Notes under the pieces: generated by a model
Databases searched by the model: none
The model's input: only the letters and a program-made list of their open reading frames with translations
What the model was told of the DNA's origin: nothing
Shown: piece by piece, positions 43,603-53,468 of the stretch
Layout of the letters: the number at the start of each line of letters is the position of its first letter
Position numbering within the stretch: the stretch's first letter is position 1
Position numbers and translations under genes: made by a program
NCBI GenBank assembly: GCA_963756005.1
Contig: CAVWMC010000001.1
Location: 198,872 to 262,871, forward strand
Reading direction: 5' to 3'
Length of the DNA stretch: 64,000 nt
Source: an uncultured delta proteobacterium
GTDB taxonomy: Bacteria > Desulfobacterota > Binatia > Binatales > Binataceae

Positions 43603-44926
43603 TGAAGATCACAAACGCCATCAGCGCCACGAGCAAAAACAATCCGACCTGGAGCATCGCTTCGCGGTAGCGAAGTTCGAGCGGCTTGCCCTTGATGCCC
43701 TCGAAGACGAAGAACAGCAGGTGCCCGCCGTCGAGCAGCGGCACCGGCAACAGATTTATGATGCCGAGCTCGAGACTCAGCATCACGGTGAACATCGCGA
43801 GGTTCGCGAAGCCGCGATGCGCTTCCTGGCCGGCCATTTGAGCTATCATGATCGGACCGCCGAGGGCCTCGCGCACCGGCGTGCTGCCGGTGAAGATGCT
43901 CGCGATTCCGACCACCATCTGCACCGTCATCTCGACCGAAGTCTCGCCCGCCTCTTCGACCGCGCCGAGCGGACCGAACCGCTTCATAACTTCGTCACCG
44001 CTCGGCTGCACGCCGATTACCCAGGTGGTGGCGTTGGTGCCGTAGATGGTCTTTTGATCGAGCCGGGTCGGCTTGATCACGATCGTGCTTTGTGTGGATT
44101 TGCCGTTCTGCTGACGGTCGATATCCAGTTTGACGGGGGAGCCGTCGCCCGCCTTTACGGTCTTGGAGAAATCGGCCCAGGTTTCCATCGCCTGCCCGTT
44201 GACCGAGAGGATGCGGTCGCCGGTGAGAAGTCCGGCCTTCGCCGCCGGGAGATCTTTCGTCGTCTTGCCGATGACCGGCAGCAGGGTTGGCACGCCGTAC
44301 ATGAAAACGAAGGTGAGCAGCAGCGGCGCGAAAATAATGTTGGACAGGGGTCCGGCCAGCACGATCAGCACGCGCTTGCCGAGCGACTGAGTCGGGAACG
44401 CGCGGCTGCAGTACGCTTCGACCAGCACCGTCGGAGGATTCTCCGCCAGCGCTTTGATCGCATCGTCAACCTTGGGCTGACTGCGCAGTTCACCTAGAAG
44501 CAGCGCCTCGTCGGGTTTCAGATCGCGGCCAAGAACTGTTTGCGCAACGCCGGCGCCGGCAGCGCTCAAACGCCCGGACAGCGTGCGGATATGGTCGTCG
44601 AAGTCGGCGCCGGCCAGGACCGCGCCATGCTCGCGCGCGGCGCCGATCAGGTCGAGGCCAATTTCGTGAAGATACAACTTGATTTCGTCGGGCGTGGGTT
44701 TCTCGCCGACTTCATCGCCCAGCATTCGGACGTAGCCGCCGAATGGAGTGGCGCCGAGCGAGTACTCGGTTTCGCCGCGCCGGAACCCGAGAACCTTTGG
44801 CGGATAGCCGACCGAGAATCGCAGCACGCGCACCCCGACTTTCTTCGCCATCGCAAAATGTCCCGCTTCGTGCACGACTACGAGGACGGCGAAAACGAGT
44901 GCTGCGTATAGAATGGATGCAATCAT
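43574..44926 (-). CDS. rseP: RIP metalloprotease RseP (site-2 protease) with a large insertion
   Basis: VHEAGH, GGYVRMLG, AGPLSN, one PDZ domain, LGGPIMI and NLLPVPLLDGGH. Confidence 0.94.
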   Translation of the reverse strand: MIASILYAALVFAVLVVVHEAGHFAMAKKVGVRVLRFSVGYPPKVLGFRRGETEYSLGATPFGGYVRMLGDEVGEKPTPDEIKLYLHEIGLDLIGAAREHGAVLAGADFDDHIRTLSGRLSAAGAGVAQTVLGRDLKPDEALLLGELRSQPKVDDAIKALAENPPTVLVEAYCSRAFPTQSLGKRVLIVLAGPLSNIIFAPLLLTFVFMYGVPTLLPVIGKTTKDLPAAKAGLLTGDRILSVNGQAMETWADFSKTVKAGDGSPVKLDIDRQQNGKSTQSTIVIKPTRLDQKTIYGTNATTWVIGVQPSGDEVMKRFGPLGAVEEAGETSVEMTVQMVVGIASIFTGSTPVREALGGPIMIAQMAGQEAHRGFANLAMFTVMLSLELGIINLLPVPLLDGGHLLFFVFEGIKGKPLELRYREAMLQVGLFLLVALMAFVIFNDISRIVQG

Positions 44927-44992
44927 TTAGTTTGCCCGCGCGGTCCGTTACGGAAAGATCCCGAGCGCGAAAATGCGGCTCTCAAAGCCGCA

Positions 44993-45787
44993 TCATCGGA
45001 ACCAATAGTAGGCGAAAAAGAGCGCGAAGACCAGTGAACATGTGCGGTCGAGCAGGCCGCCGTGACCCGGAAAGATCCAGCCTGAGTCCTTGACACCCGC
45101 CGCGCGCTTCAATGCCGACCCGGCCAGGTCGCCAAGCTGCGCAAGGATGGAAATCATAGCCGCAAATAGCAGGATTTTGCCCATGTCCCACGTCCCGCCG
45201 ATCATCTTAAACAGCAGCCAGGCGCCCACCACGGTCACGATCAGGCCGCCGACGGCGCCCTCGACGGTTTTGTGCGGACTCAGGCTCGGCGCCAGTTTGG
45301 TGCGGCCGAGGTAGCGGCCGGTGAAATACGCGCCGCTGTCGCTTGCTACTGCCAGTAGGATTACCAGCAGCAGCAGGTGGATGCCGTCGGGGCTGTTGCG
45401 CAGCAGCGCGAAGAACGGGAACAGCACGCCAACGTACGCCGCGCCGATGAAGACCAGTCGCGGGCCCCGCAGTCCTTCACCGCCGCCATTGAGTTCGACC
45501 CTCAGCGCCAGCCCGAGCATCATCAGGATCACGAGCGTCGGCACCACCCATCCGATCCATCCCGCGTCGCCGCCGTAGAGCAGTCCGAGTAGCGGCACGC
45601 CGCCGACTGCCGCAAACAGCGGCAGCGCGACCCAATGCAGCGCACCGGTCATCGCGGCGACTTCGTAAAGTCCCCAGATGCCGGCGATCGCGTTGACAAT
45701 CGTGAAGAGCCAGGCCGGCGCGAAAAGAACCAGCGCTCCAACCGCGGGCAGCAGGACCGCCGCCGTCAGAATCCTAGTTTTGAGCAC
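44993..45787 (-). CDS. cdsA: Phosphatidate cytidylyltransferase
   Basis: SDSGAYFTG, SPHKTVEG, GDLAGSALKR and KDSGWIFPGHGGLLDR. Confidence 0.94.
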   Translation of the reverse strand: MLKTRILTAAVLLPAVGALVLFAPAWLFTIVNAIAGIWGLYEVAAMTGALHWVALPLFAAVGGVPLLGLLYGGDAGWIGWVVPTLVILMMLGLALRVELNGGGEGLRGPRLVFIGAAYVGVLFPFFALLRNSPDGIHLLLLVILLAVASDSGAYFTGRYLGRTKLAPSLSPHKTVEGAVGGLIVTVVGAWLLFKMIGGTWDMGKILLFAAMISILAQLGDLAGSALKRAAGVKDSGWIFPGHGGLLDRTCSLVFALFFAYYWFR

Positions 45788-46577
45788 GCAGGCGGGTGTC
45801 GGAGCCGTTGGTGACGGCGCCGAAGCGGCGCTCGCGAAGCTGGAAGGCGGCGATCGCGCTCAGGAACTCGCGCTCGCGGAAATCGGGCCACAGCGTGTCG
45901 GTGAAATAGAGTTCGGTGTAGGCGAGCTGAAACAGGAAAAAATTGGAGACGCGCAATTCGCCCGAAGTTCGAATCAGCAGGTCGGGATCGGGCAGTCCGG
46001 TGGTGGTGAGTTCGCGCGCCACAAGTTGCTCGTCGATTTGATCGGGCGTAAGCGCGCCGTCGGCCACCGCGCGCGCGATCGATCGCGCCGCATTGACGAT
46101 GTCCTGGCGGCCGCCGTACGACAGCGCCAGCGCCACCGTCATCCCGCGATTGTCGCGCGTCGCCGCGACCGTCTCCGCCAGCGCCTCGCGCACCCGCGGC
46201 GGCAGCCGCTCGGTGTCTCCCAGAGCCAACACGCGGATGTCGCGTTTCATCAGGCGCTTGGTCTCGGTGATCAAGTAGCGATGGAACAGGCCCATCAGGA
46301 AGCTGACCTCGGTGGTCGGGCGGCCCCAGTTCTCGCTCGAAAATGCGTACAGCGTGAGGTAGGGGATGCCGAGTTCGCGCGCCGCATCGACCACCGCGCG
46401 CACCGAATCCTTGCCGCGGCGATGGCCCTCGTGACGCGACAGCCCGCGCCGGCTCGCCCAGCGGCCGTTGCCGTCCATCACGATTGCCACGTGACGCGGC
46501 ATCCGCGACGGATCCAAAGACAGGTTCGGGAAATCGTTTAGGGGTAGTGAGATGGCCACTTGAGGTTCAGTCTTCAC
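45774..46577 (-). CDS. uppS: Undecaprenyl diphosphate synthase (isoprenyl transferase)
   Basis: HVAIVMDGNGRWA, YAFSSENWGRP, LSYGGR and IRTSGELRVSNF. Confidence 0.96.
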   Translation of the reverse strand: MKTEPQVAISLPLNDFPNLSLDPSRMPRHVAIVMDGNGRWASRRGLSRHEGHRRGKDSVRAVVDAARELGIPYLTLYAFSSENWGRPTTEVSFLMGLFHRYLITETKRLMKRDIRVLALGDTERLPPRVREALAETVAATRDNRGMTVALALSYGGRQDIVNAARSIARAVADGALTPDQIDEQLVARELTTTGLPDPDLLIRTSGELRVSNFFLFQLAYTELYFTDTLWPDFREREFLSAIAAFQLRERRFGAVTNGSDTRLRAQN

Positions 46578-46616
46578 CTAAGTTCGCGCGCCGTTTGGAC
46601 ATGATGACGGGCGAGC

Positions 46617-47180
46617 TCAGACCTCCATGATTTCCGCTTCTTTGGCGGTCAGCACTTTGTCGATTTTTTCGATGAACTCGGTCGTGAAGGTCTGCACCTT
46701 GGCCTCGCCCGCGCGCATCTCGTCCTCGGTCGCCTGCTTTTCCTTGTGCAGTTCCTTGAGCATGTCGTTGGCGTCGCGGCGATGGTTGCGGACGCCGACG
46801 CGGAATTCCTCGCCTATTTTGCGCACGTGCTTGACCAGGTCCTTGCGCCGCTCCTCGGTCAGCTCGGGAATCGGAATGCGAATGATCTTGCCGTCGTTCA
46901 TCGGGGTCAAGCCGAGATCGGAAGTCTGAATCGCCTTTTCGATGTCGTGCATCGCGCCCTTGTCGTACGGCGTGATCACTATCAGGCGCGGCTCCGGCGC
47001 CGACAGACCCGCCAGTTGCCGCAGCGGCGTCTTCGCGCCGTAATAATTCACCTGGAGATTTTCGACCAACGCGGTTGACGCACGGCCGGTGCGGACGCGG
47101 CCGAGCTCGTGGCGAAAGGCCTCGACAGTCTTGTCCATTTCCTTGCGCGCGTCTTCGATTGTGTCCGTAAGCATGCTCAC
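46617..47180 (-). CDS. frr: Ribosome recycling factor
   Basis: [27 protein letters not shown] and VRNHRR; start 47180 (GTG) or 47174 (ATG). Confidence 0.96.
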   Translation of the reverse strand: MSMLTDTIEDARKEMDKTVEAFRHELGRVRTGRASTALVENLQVNYYGAKTPLRQLAGLSAPEPRLIVITPYDKGAMHDIEKAIQTSDLGLTPMNDGKIIRIPIPELTEERRKDLVKHVRKIGEEFRVGVRNHRRDANDMLKELHKEKQATEDEMRAGEAKVQTFTTEFIEKIDKVLTAKEAEIMEV

Positions 47181-47927
47181 GGTGCGCTCTCCACCCGGGT
47201 CCCGATTTGCTCGCCCATCACGGCCCTTCTTATATTACCCGCTTTGCGCAAATTGAACACGATGATCGGCAGATCGATTATCCATGCACATCGAGATCGC
47301 TGTCGAGTCCATCACCTTCAGGTTCTTCTGCAGCACCTCGATATAAGTGAGCCGGTCGAAGCGCTTGGCCCCCGGCTCGCGCACCGGATCGCGATCGTAA
47401 ACTCCGTCCACCGTATGGCTCGCCTTGAGGATTACCTCGGCGCCGATTTCCATCGCGCGCAGACTCGCCGCCGTGTCGGTGGTGAAGTAGGGATTGCCGG
47501 TGCCGGCCGCGAATATAATGACGCGGCCCTTTTCCAGATGGCGCACGGCGCGGCGGCGAATGTACGGCTCGCACAGCGCCTGCATCTCGATCGCCGACAG
47601 CACTCGCGTGACGACGCCGACGTGCTCGAGCGCGTTTTGCAGCGCGAGCGAGTTGATCACCGTCGCCAGCATGCCCATCTGGTCGGCGGTCGAGCGATCC
47701 ATCCCGCGCGCCTCGTAGTCGCTGCCACGGATAAAATTGCCGGCGCCGATTACCAGCGCCAGCTGAACGCCGAGCGCCGCAACTTCCTTGATTTCGAGCG
47801 CGATCTCGGCCAGCGCGTCGAGATCGAGTCCCGAGCCTTGCGCGGGCGCGAGCGCCTCGCCGGATAATTTCAGCAGAATACGGCTGAAGCGCGGCTTGCC
47901 GTTCGGCGCACTTTGAACCTCAGCCAT
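47177..47927 (-). CDS. pyrH: Uridylate kinase with an apparent +1 frameshift at 47273-47276 (probably a sequencing error)
   Basis: [27 protein letters not shown] and MDSTA; deleting one base restores [27 protein letters not shown] ending in a stop that overlaps frr. Confidence 0.93.
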
Positions 47928-47987
47928 TTCTCGAAGCTCCCGTCGATGTCCCCGTCGAAGCCCCGTCCCCAGTTGAATCCGCGCGCG

Positions 47988-48608
47988 TCAGGCCGCCTCG
48001 GTGGACTTGCCGTCGAGCGCCTCGCCCATCTGGTAGCGGGCGAACCGGCGCACCTCGATCTTCTCACGCATCTGGATGGCGGCCTCGCCAATCAGATCAT
48101 TGACCGTCTTGTTCGGATCGCGCGCGTAAGCCTGCTCGAGCAGGCATGCTTCCTTGTAAAATTTCTCGATCTTGCCATCGACAATCTTCGCCACCACCGC
48201 CGGCGGCTTGCCCTCGGCCTGCGACGCGTAGATCTGGCGCTCCTGCTCGAGCACGGCGGGCGACAGATCCTCGCGCTTCACGACGCGCGGATTGAGCGCC
48301 GCGACCTGCAACGCCAGTTCCTTCACCAGCGCCTGGAACGCCTCCGACTTGGCGCAGAAATCGGTCTCGCAATTAACTTCGATCAGCACGCCAATCTTGC
48401 CGCCCGCATGAATATACGAACCGACCGCACCTTCCGATGCGACCCGGCCGGCGCGGCCCGCCGCCGCGGCGATGCCCTTCTCGCGCAGCCAGACGACGCC
48501 CTTTTCGAGGTCGCCGTCGGTCTCCGCCAGCGCCCGCTTGCAATCCATAATGCCGGCGCCGGTCTTCTCGCGCAGTTCCTGAACCAGCTTCGCAGTTAAT
48601 ATCATCAC
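47988..48608 (-). CDS. tsf: Translation elongation factor Ts (short form)
   Basis: LREKTGAGIMDCKRAL, EGAVGSY, EVNCETDF and LLEQ motifs. Confidence 0.97.
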   Translation of the reverse strand: MMILTAKLVQELREKTGAGIMDCKRALAETDGDLEKGVVWLREKGIAAAAGRAGRVASEGAVGSYIHAGGKIGVLIEVNCETDFCAKSEAFQALVKELALQVAALNPRVVKREDLSPAVLEQERQIYASQAEGKPPAVVAKIVDGKIEKFYKEACLLEQAYARDPNKTVNDLIGEAAIQMREKIEVRRFARYQMGEALDGKSTEAA

Positions 48609-48706
48609 AATTCCTGGGTTGAGCTAGTATTCTTGGCCGGTCGCTCTACTGCAAGCGACCGGCTCATCGACCGGCTCCGTTTCGGACTTGAATTTCGAGT
48701 CGTCGG

Positions 48707-49489
48707 CTAAACCGCGCTTGGCGAATCGGGCGCCGATGCTCCCGTATCTGCCGACGCGCCGGCATCCGAGCGAATATCCTGCTGCCCCTTGGCGCGCTCC
48801 TCGGCAATCTGCTTGCCTTCGAGAATCGCGTCCGCCACGGCGGCCGTGAACAGCTTGATCGCGCGAATCGCGTCGTCGTTGCCGGGGATTCGATACGCGA
48901 TCAGGTCGGGGTCGCAGTTGGTATCGACCACCGCCGCAACCGGGATGCCGAGGCGGTTCGCTTCCGCGACCGCGATGTCTTCCTTCTTGGTGTCGATCAC
49001 CCACAGCGCGTCCGGCAGCTTGCGCATATTCTTGATGCCGGCCAGCGTCGCCATCAGCTTTTCATGGTCACGGCCGTTGTCGCTCATCTCTTTCTTGGTG
49101 AGCGCCTTGATCATCTCGGGATCGGCCATCGTCTCTTCGAGCTTGCGCAGCCGGTCGATCGACGCGCGGATAGTCTGGAAGTTCGTCAGCATCCCGCCAA
49201 GCCAGCGGTTGTTGACGTAGTACATGCCGCAGCGCTCGGCCTCTTCCTTGACGATGTCCTGGGCCTGCTTCTTGGTGCCGACGAACAGCATCGTGCCGCC
49301 CGCCGCCGCGAGGTCGCGCGCGAAATCGAAGGTCGCGCGGAACATCTTCACGGTCTGCTGAAGATCGATGATGTAAATACCGTTGCGGGCGCCGAAGATG
49401 TATTGCTTCATCTTCGGGTTCCAGCGGCTGGTCTGATGGCCGAAATGAACGCCGGCCTCCAGAAGCTGCTTCATACTGATTTCAGTCAT
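48707..49489 (-). CDS. rpsB: 30S ribosomal protein S2
   Basis: [20 protein letters not shown] and [16 protein letters not shown]. Confidence 0.98.
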   Translation of the reverse strand: MTEISMKQLLEAGVHFGHQTSRWNPKMKQYIFGARNGIYIIDLQQTVKMFRATFDFARDLAAAGGTMLFVGTKKQAQDIVKEEAERCGMYYVNNRWLGGMLTNFQTIRASIDRLRKLEETMADPEMIKALTKKEMSDNGRDHEKLMATLAGIKNMRKLPDALWVIDTKKEDIAVAEANRLGIPVAAVVDTNCDPDLIAYRIPGNDDAIRAIKLFTAAVADAILEGKQIAEERAKGQQDIRSDAGASADTGASAPDSPSAV

Positions 49490-49628
49490 AGAATTTAGTC
49501 CTTGCCTCTTGGCCCCAAGGGTGGGGTAATCTGTAAGTATTAGCAGGATGGGGGATTGTAGGAAAGTGTGAAGGGCGCTCTACTGGTTCCGAGGCGATGG
49601 CCCTGAGGTTCAAGGCGAGAGCCACCCA

Positions 49629-49973
49629 CTATGGCGCGAATGTAGGTTTTCGACCTTCCAAGCGGAGATCATCACTCGCGACGCATCTATCTAAGGTCGC
49701 CCATAGCCCCTTTCTCGATTCTGCCGGGATCTCAGCGAACTGTTTGGCCGTGAGTTTCCGCGTGTCAATCTTGGGAGCGACTTCTCTGTCGCTTGCGAGC
49801 CTCGCATTACAGCGCGCAGCAGTATCGAACACGTCGGCGACCAGCCATTTCTTTAGCGGCGCATTTAGATCAGGTCGCGGCGTTTCGTGAATTGGAGGAT
49901 TTGCAGGGAGTAGCGGCGGAATCATCAGATACCAGCTTACGAGCGCGAGCGCGGTAGCGTGGCGGGACTTCAC
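49629..49973 (-). CDS. Small putatively secreted hypothetical protein (114 aa), paralog A
   Basis: N-terminal hydrophobic ALALVSWYLMIPP, FDTAARC and C-terminal CVASDDLRL. Confidence 0.7.
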   Translation of the reverse strand: MKSRHATALALVSWYLMIPPLLPANPPIHETPRPDLNAPLKKWLVADVFDTAARCNARLASDREVAPKIDTRKLTAKQFAEIPAESRKGLWATLDRCVASDDLRLEGRKPTFAP

Positions 49974-49980
49974 GCGCGAG

Positions 49981-50317
49981 TCACTCCGACTTTCTGGCCG
50001 CTTTCAGCCGGATATCGTCGCTGGCGACGCAGGCGGCGTTAACTGCGCGCGCTTTTCCCAACGCGGCGTCGTGTTTTCTGGAGGCGCTTGAGCCTGCCGG
50101 TCTTGTCGAGCGTGATCGGGTCCTGCTCGCTGTTCTGAATGTTCGTCAGCGCATTCTCGCAATTGTCCTCGGTGTCGTAGCTGACGACCGCAATCCAGTG
50201 CGAGATCGGCGTGTCGGAATCGACATCGTGGGGAATTTTGGCCGAGTCGGGCGGTATCATCAGTAACCATCCCACGACTGCAAGCGCTGCGAGGTGGAGG
50301 CTATTCCGGTGGCGCAT
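49981..50317 (-). pseudogene. Small putatively secreted hypothetical protein, paralog B, with a +1 frameshift in the T4 run at 50074-50077
   Basis: ALAVVGWLLMIPP and YDTEDNC; deleting one base gives ...KHDAALGKARAVNAACVASDDIRLKAARKSE*, matching paralog A. Confidence 0.7.
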
Positions 50318-50373
50318 CGGGGATTAGTTATACGCCTCTCGAGAGAAAAAATCATGGAGGGCTGTGGCGCCAG

Positions 50374-50399
50374 GGCGGGCACGGCGGCCCGCCCCACTA
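50374..50399. repeat. REP copy 1 (GTGG-type hairpin)
   Basis: GGCGGGCACGGCGGCCCGCCCCACTA; exact reverse complement at 50444-50469, exact direct copy at 50980-51005. Confidence 0.9.
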
Positions 50400-50443
50400 T
50401 AGGAAAACAGGACACCCAATCCAGTGGACCAGGCCGCCGCAAA

Positions 50444-50502
50444 TAGTGGGGCGGGCCGCCGTGCCCGCCATCGTCGCGCGGGCGTCCGCGCCCGCGCCTA
50501 CC
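50444..50502. repeat. 59-bp composite REP arm on one side of the RAYT gene
   Basis: Inverted repeat of 50947-51005 (56/59 identical); holds a GTGG-type and a GTAG-type hairpin. Confidence 0.9.
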
Positions 50503-50945
50503 TAATCTCTCGGCCAAACCCAGCGATACTCTTTAAGCTCAGGCCACCGAGCAAACGGATTCCCCAGTATATAGTCGAATTTTTGTCCCAGCTCTTTTTC
50601 ATCGCGGACAATTCGGTCGAAGTACTCGTCCTGCCAGACTCGCCCGCGCCGTCCGTGCCGACGCTGCATCGCATGCGCGGTGAACGACTTCCACGAATGA
50701 ATGATCTTCTCGAGAGGCTCGTCGTCCAAGGTTCGCAGCAGGACGTGCACATGGTCGTTCATGATCACGTAGGCATACAGCTCGTAGCGCTGTTCGTGCC
50801 GATGATGCAGTTCCGCCGCGATCAAATCGCGCTCCGACGGGGACAGTTCTTTGGCTGCGGCGAGCCGCCACGTCACGAAATAGATCGTGTCTCGATCGCG
50901 GTAGTGTGGCAGGCGTCTTCGGTAGAAGTGAGATGAGTCATTCAT
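50502..50945 (-). mobile_element. REP-associated tyrosine transposase (RAYT, Y1 HUH family)
   Basis: YFVTWRL, HUH motif MNDHVHVLL, KSFTA, WQDEYFDRIVR, catalytic YILGNP; bracketed by REP arms. Confidence 0.9.
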
Positions 50946-50946
50946 T

Positions 50947-51005
50947 GGTAAGCGCGGGCGCGGACGGCCGCGCGTCGATGGCGGGCACGGCGGCCCGCCC
51001 CACTA
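50947..51005. repeat. 59-bp composite REP arm on the other side of the RAYT gene
   Basis: GGTAAGCGCGGGCGCGGACGGCCGCGCGTCGATGGCGGGCACGGCGGCCCGCCCCACTA; inverted relative to 50444-50502. Confidence 0.9.
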
Positions 51006-51026
51006 CATCACTCATCACTCAATGAG

Positions 51027-51052
51027 GGCAGGCATGGCGGTCTGCCCCACTA
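51027..51052. repeat. Divergent REP copy 4
   Basis: GGCAGGCATGGCGGTCTGCCCCACTA: 4 differences from copy 1, including a compensatory G-C to A-T stem change. Confidence 0.8.
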
Positions 51053-51089
51053 ATGGCGGAGGCCCGCACCAGACACCAGCGAGCGCAAC

Positions 51090-52481
51090 TTACGCGTTCA
51101 TCGATTCCAGGAATTCTTCGTTGGTCTTGGTCTTGTCCATCTTGTCGATTAGGAATTCCATCGCTTCGACCGCGTTCAGCTGCGTCAGCAGCTTGCGCAG
51201 AATCCACACGCGGTTGAGCGTCGCACGCGGCAGCAGCAGCTCTTCCTTGCGCGTGGTCGAGCGCTGGATATCGATGGTCGGGAAGATGCGCTTCTCGAGC
51301 AGGCGCCGGTCGAGCGCGATCTGCTGATTGCCGGTGCCCTTGAACTCTTCGAAAATAACTTCGTCCATGCGGCTGCCGGTATCGACCAGCGCCGTCGCGA
51401 TAATCGTCAGGCTGCCGCCGTCTTCGGTGTTGCGCGCGGCGCCGAAAAATTTCTTGGGCTTATGCAGCGCGTTGGAATCGACGCCGCCCGACAGGATCTT
51501 GCCCGACGGCGGCACCACCGTGTTGTACGCGCGCGCGAGCCGCGTGATCGAATCGAGCAGGATCACGACGTCGCGCCCATGCTCGACCAGCCGCCGCGCC
51601 TTCTCGATTACCATCTCGGCCACCTGCACGTGACGGGTGGCGGGCTCGTCGAAGGTCGAGCTCACGACCTCGCCCTGCACCGAGCGCAGCATATCGGTGA
51701 CTTCCTCGGGCCGCTCATCGACCAGCAGCACGATCAGCACGATCTCCGGATGGTTATGCGCGATTGCCTTGGCCATCGCCTGCAGCATCATGGTCTTGCC
51801 GGTGAACGGCGCCGCGACGATAAGACCGCGCTGGCCCTTGCCGATAGGCGCGACCAAATCGATGATGCGGGTGGTCAGATCTTCGTGATTGTATTCGAGC
51901 TTGATCCGTTCCTCGGGATAGAGCGGGGTCAGGTTGTCGAACAGGATCTTGTCGCGCGCCTTTTCGGGATCCTCGTAGTTGATCGATTCAACCTTGAGCA
52001 GCGCGAAATAGCGCTCGCCTTCCTTCGGCGGCCGAATCAGGCCGGAAACCACGTCGCCGGTGCGCAAGTTGAACTTGCGAATCTGACTCGGCGAAATATA
52101 AATGTCGTCGGGACCGGGCAGGTAGTTGTAGTCGGGCGCGCGCAGGAAGCCGAAGCCGTCCGGCAGGATTTCCAGCACGCCCTCGCCGAGGATCGATCCG
52201 TTCTTGGCCGCCTGCGCCTGCAGGACGTTGAACGTCATCTCCTGCTTGCGCATGTTGGTCGCGCCTTCGACGTTGAAGTCGCGCGCGATCTGCGCCAGCT
52301 CGGTAATCTTCGCGCGCTTGAGCGACTTGAGGTTGAGCACCCCGTCTTCGCTGAACACCGGCGCCGGCGGCGGAAGATTCGGATTGCTGTCGAGATTTAC
52401 TTGCCGCGGTGTGCCGTTGGTCGAACGCGGATCGTCGAAGCGACCCTCCTCGCTCTTCGCAACGTGTCTGCCCTTGCCCAT
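51090..52481 (-). CDS. rho: Transcription termination factor Rho
   Basis: [49 protein letters not shown] and EEFKGTGN; start placed at MGKGRH after SD GGGGAAGG. Confidence 0.97.
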   Translation of the reverse strand: MGKGRHVAKSEEGRFDDPRSTNGTPRQVNLDSNPNLPPPAPVFSEDGVLNLKSLKRAKITELAQIARDFNVEGATNMRKQEMTFNVLQAQAAKNGSILGEGVLEILPDGFGFLRAPDYNYLPGPDDIYISPSQIRKFNLRTGDVVSGLIRPPKEGERYFALLKVESINYEDPEKARDKILFDNLTPLYPEERIKLEYNHEDLTTRIIDLVAPIGKGQRGLIVAAPFTGKTMMLQAMAKAIAHNHPEIVLIVLLVDERPEEVTDMLRSVQGEVVSSTFDEPATRHVQVAEMVIEKARRLVEHGRDVVILLDSITRLARAYNTVVPPSGKILSGGVDSNALHKPKKFFGAARNTEDGGSLTIIATALVDTGSRMDEVIFEEFKGTGNQQIALDRRLLEKRIFPTIDIQRSTTRKEELLLPRATLNRVWILRKLLTQLNAVEAMEFLIDKMDKTKTNEEFLESMNA

Positions 52482-52779
52482 ATGCCTTCCCCGCAACCTG
52501 GACTCCATCAACTTAATGCTGCCAATAGCCGCCGCTTGCGCGACGCATATCGCAGGTTATGAACGTTTGTTCCAATGGCCTCCACAACTGGAGATGCCAT
52601 CATAGACTTTTGAATGTTCAAGCGGCCGGGATTCGGAACAACTAACGCCTTGAGTTCAAGTTCGGAATTACGGACCGCAGGGAAACGGGATTTATTTCAC
52701 CACCCAGCCCGTCTCAGCGTCCTCAGTGCGGAAGCTCAAGTAAAACGCTACCTGCGCGATGCCGCGAAGTCAACGGGGC

Positions 52780-53205
52780 TCACGCGCGGCGCGCCCAAGG
52801 ATCGACCAACTCGATCCGGAGATCCTGGAAATGGCGAACATTACGGGTAGCGAGCGTCGCCCGCCTGGCGGCAACGATGCCCGCGATTTCGACGTCGCGG
52901 AAGTCAACCGACTTTCCGGCTGCACGCCGCTCCGCCGCGCGACCCGCCGCTTCATCGGCCGCCTCGTCGTCGAAGGCGAGGATTCGTCCCTGGAAATCTT
53001 CGTCGAGCGCGCGCCGGAATGCGTCCTCGAGCTGCCGGCGGCGCCGTCCGGGCGCGATCAACTCCAGGCCGAAGCGGATCTCGAAAACCGTCACCGCCGT
53101 GGTCCAGACCGATTCCGCCGGCTGGAGGTCGAGCCACTCGACGACCGCCGATTCGGGCTCGCGTCGCATCAGCGCCGACAGAACGTTGGTGTCGAGCACA
53201 ATCAC
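52780..53205 (-). CDS. vapC: PIN-domain toxin (VapC/FitB)
   Basis: MIVLDTNVLS, EIRFG, DVEIAGI and LATRNVRHF; GTGA overlap with the antitoxin. Confidence 0.93.
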   Translation of the reverse strand: MIVLDTNVLSALMRREPESAVVEWLDLQPAESVWTTAVTVFEIRFGLELIAPGRRRRQLEDAFRRALDEDFQGRILAFDDEAADEAAGRAAERRAAGKSVDFRDVEIAGIVAARRATLATRNVRHFQDLRIELVDPWARRA

Positions 53206-53450
53206 TTCTTGAAGACTGCCGGCCGCGGCTTATGCCCGCGAAGTTCGGCGACGTCCGCTTGAAGACCGATAGCGGCGAAGCGGCTGCGCAGACGGCTGCC
53301 CAAGGCCTTCGCGGTGCGGCTTTCGAGCTTCACCGCGTTGCGAAGAATATCGCGCGCTTCCTCCTCCATGCTGCGGCCGTGACGCCGTGCCCGCCGTTGC
53401 AGCCCGGATTTTACACTCTCCTCGAGATTTCTGATCACCAGTTGCGCCAT
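53202..53450 (-). CDS. FitA-like ribbon-helix-helix antitoxin
   Basis: MAQLVIRNLEESVKSGLQRRARRHGRSMEEEARDIL. Confidence 0.9.
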   Translation of the reverse strand: MAQLVIRNLEESVKSGLQRRARRHGRSMEEEARDILRNAVKLESRTAKALGSRLRSRFAAIGLQADVAELRGHKPRPAVFKK

Positions 53451-53468
53451 CGGCTTCCGTCGGCTCAT

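Noticed and set aside
50374-51052. CRISPR array interpretation of the 26-bp repeats
   Set aside because: Copies are in mixed orientation and irregularly spaced around a Y1 transposase, with no cas genes; fits REP elements
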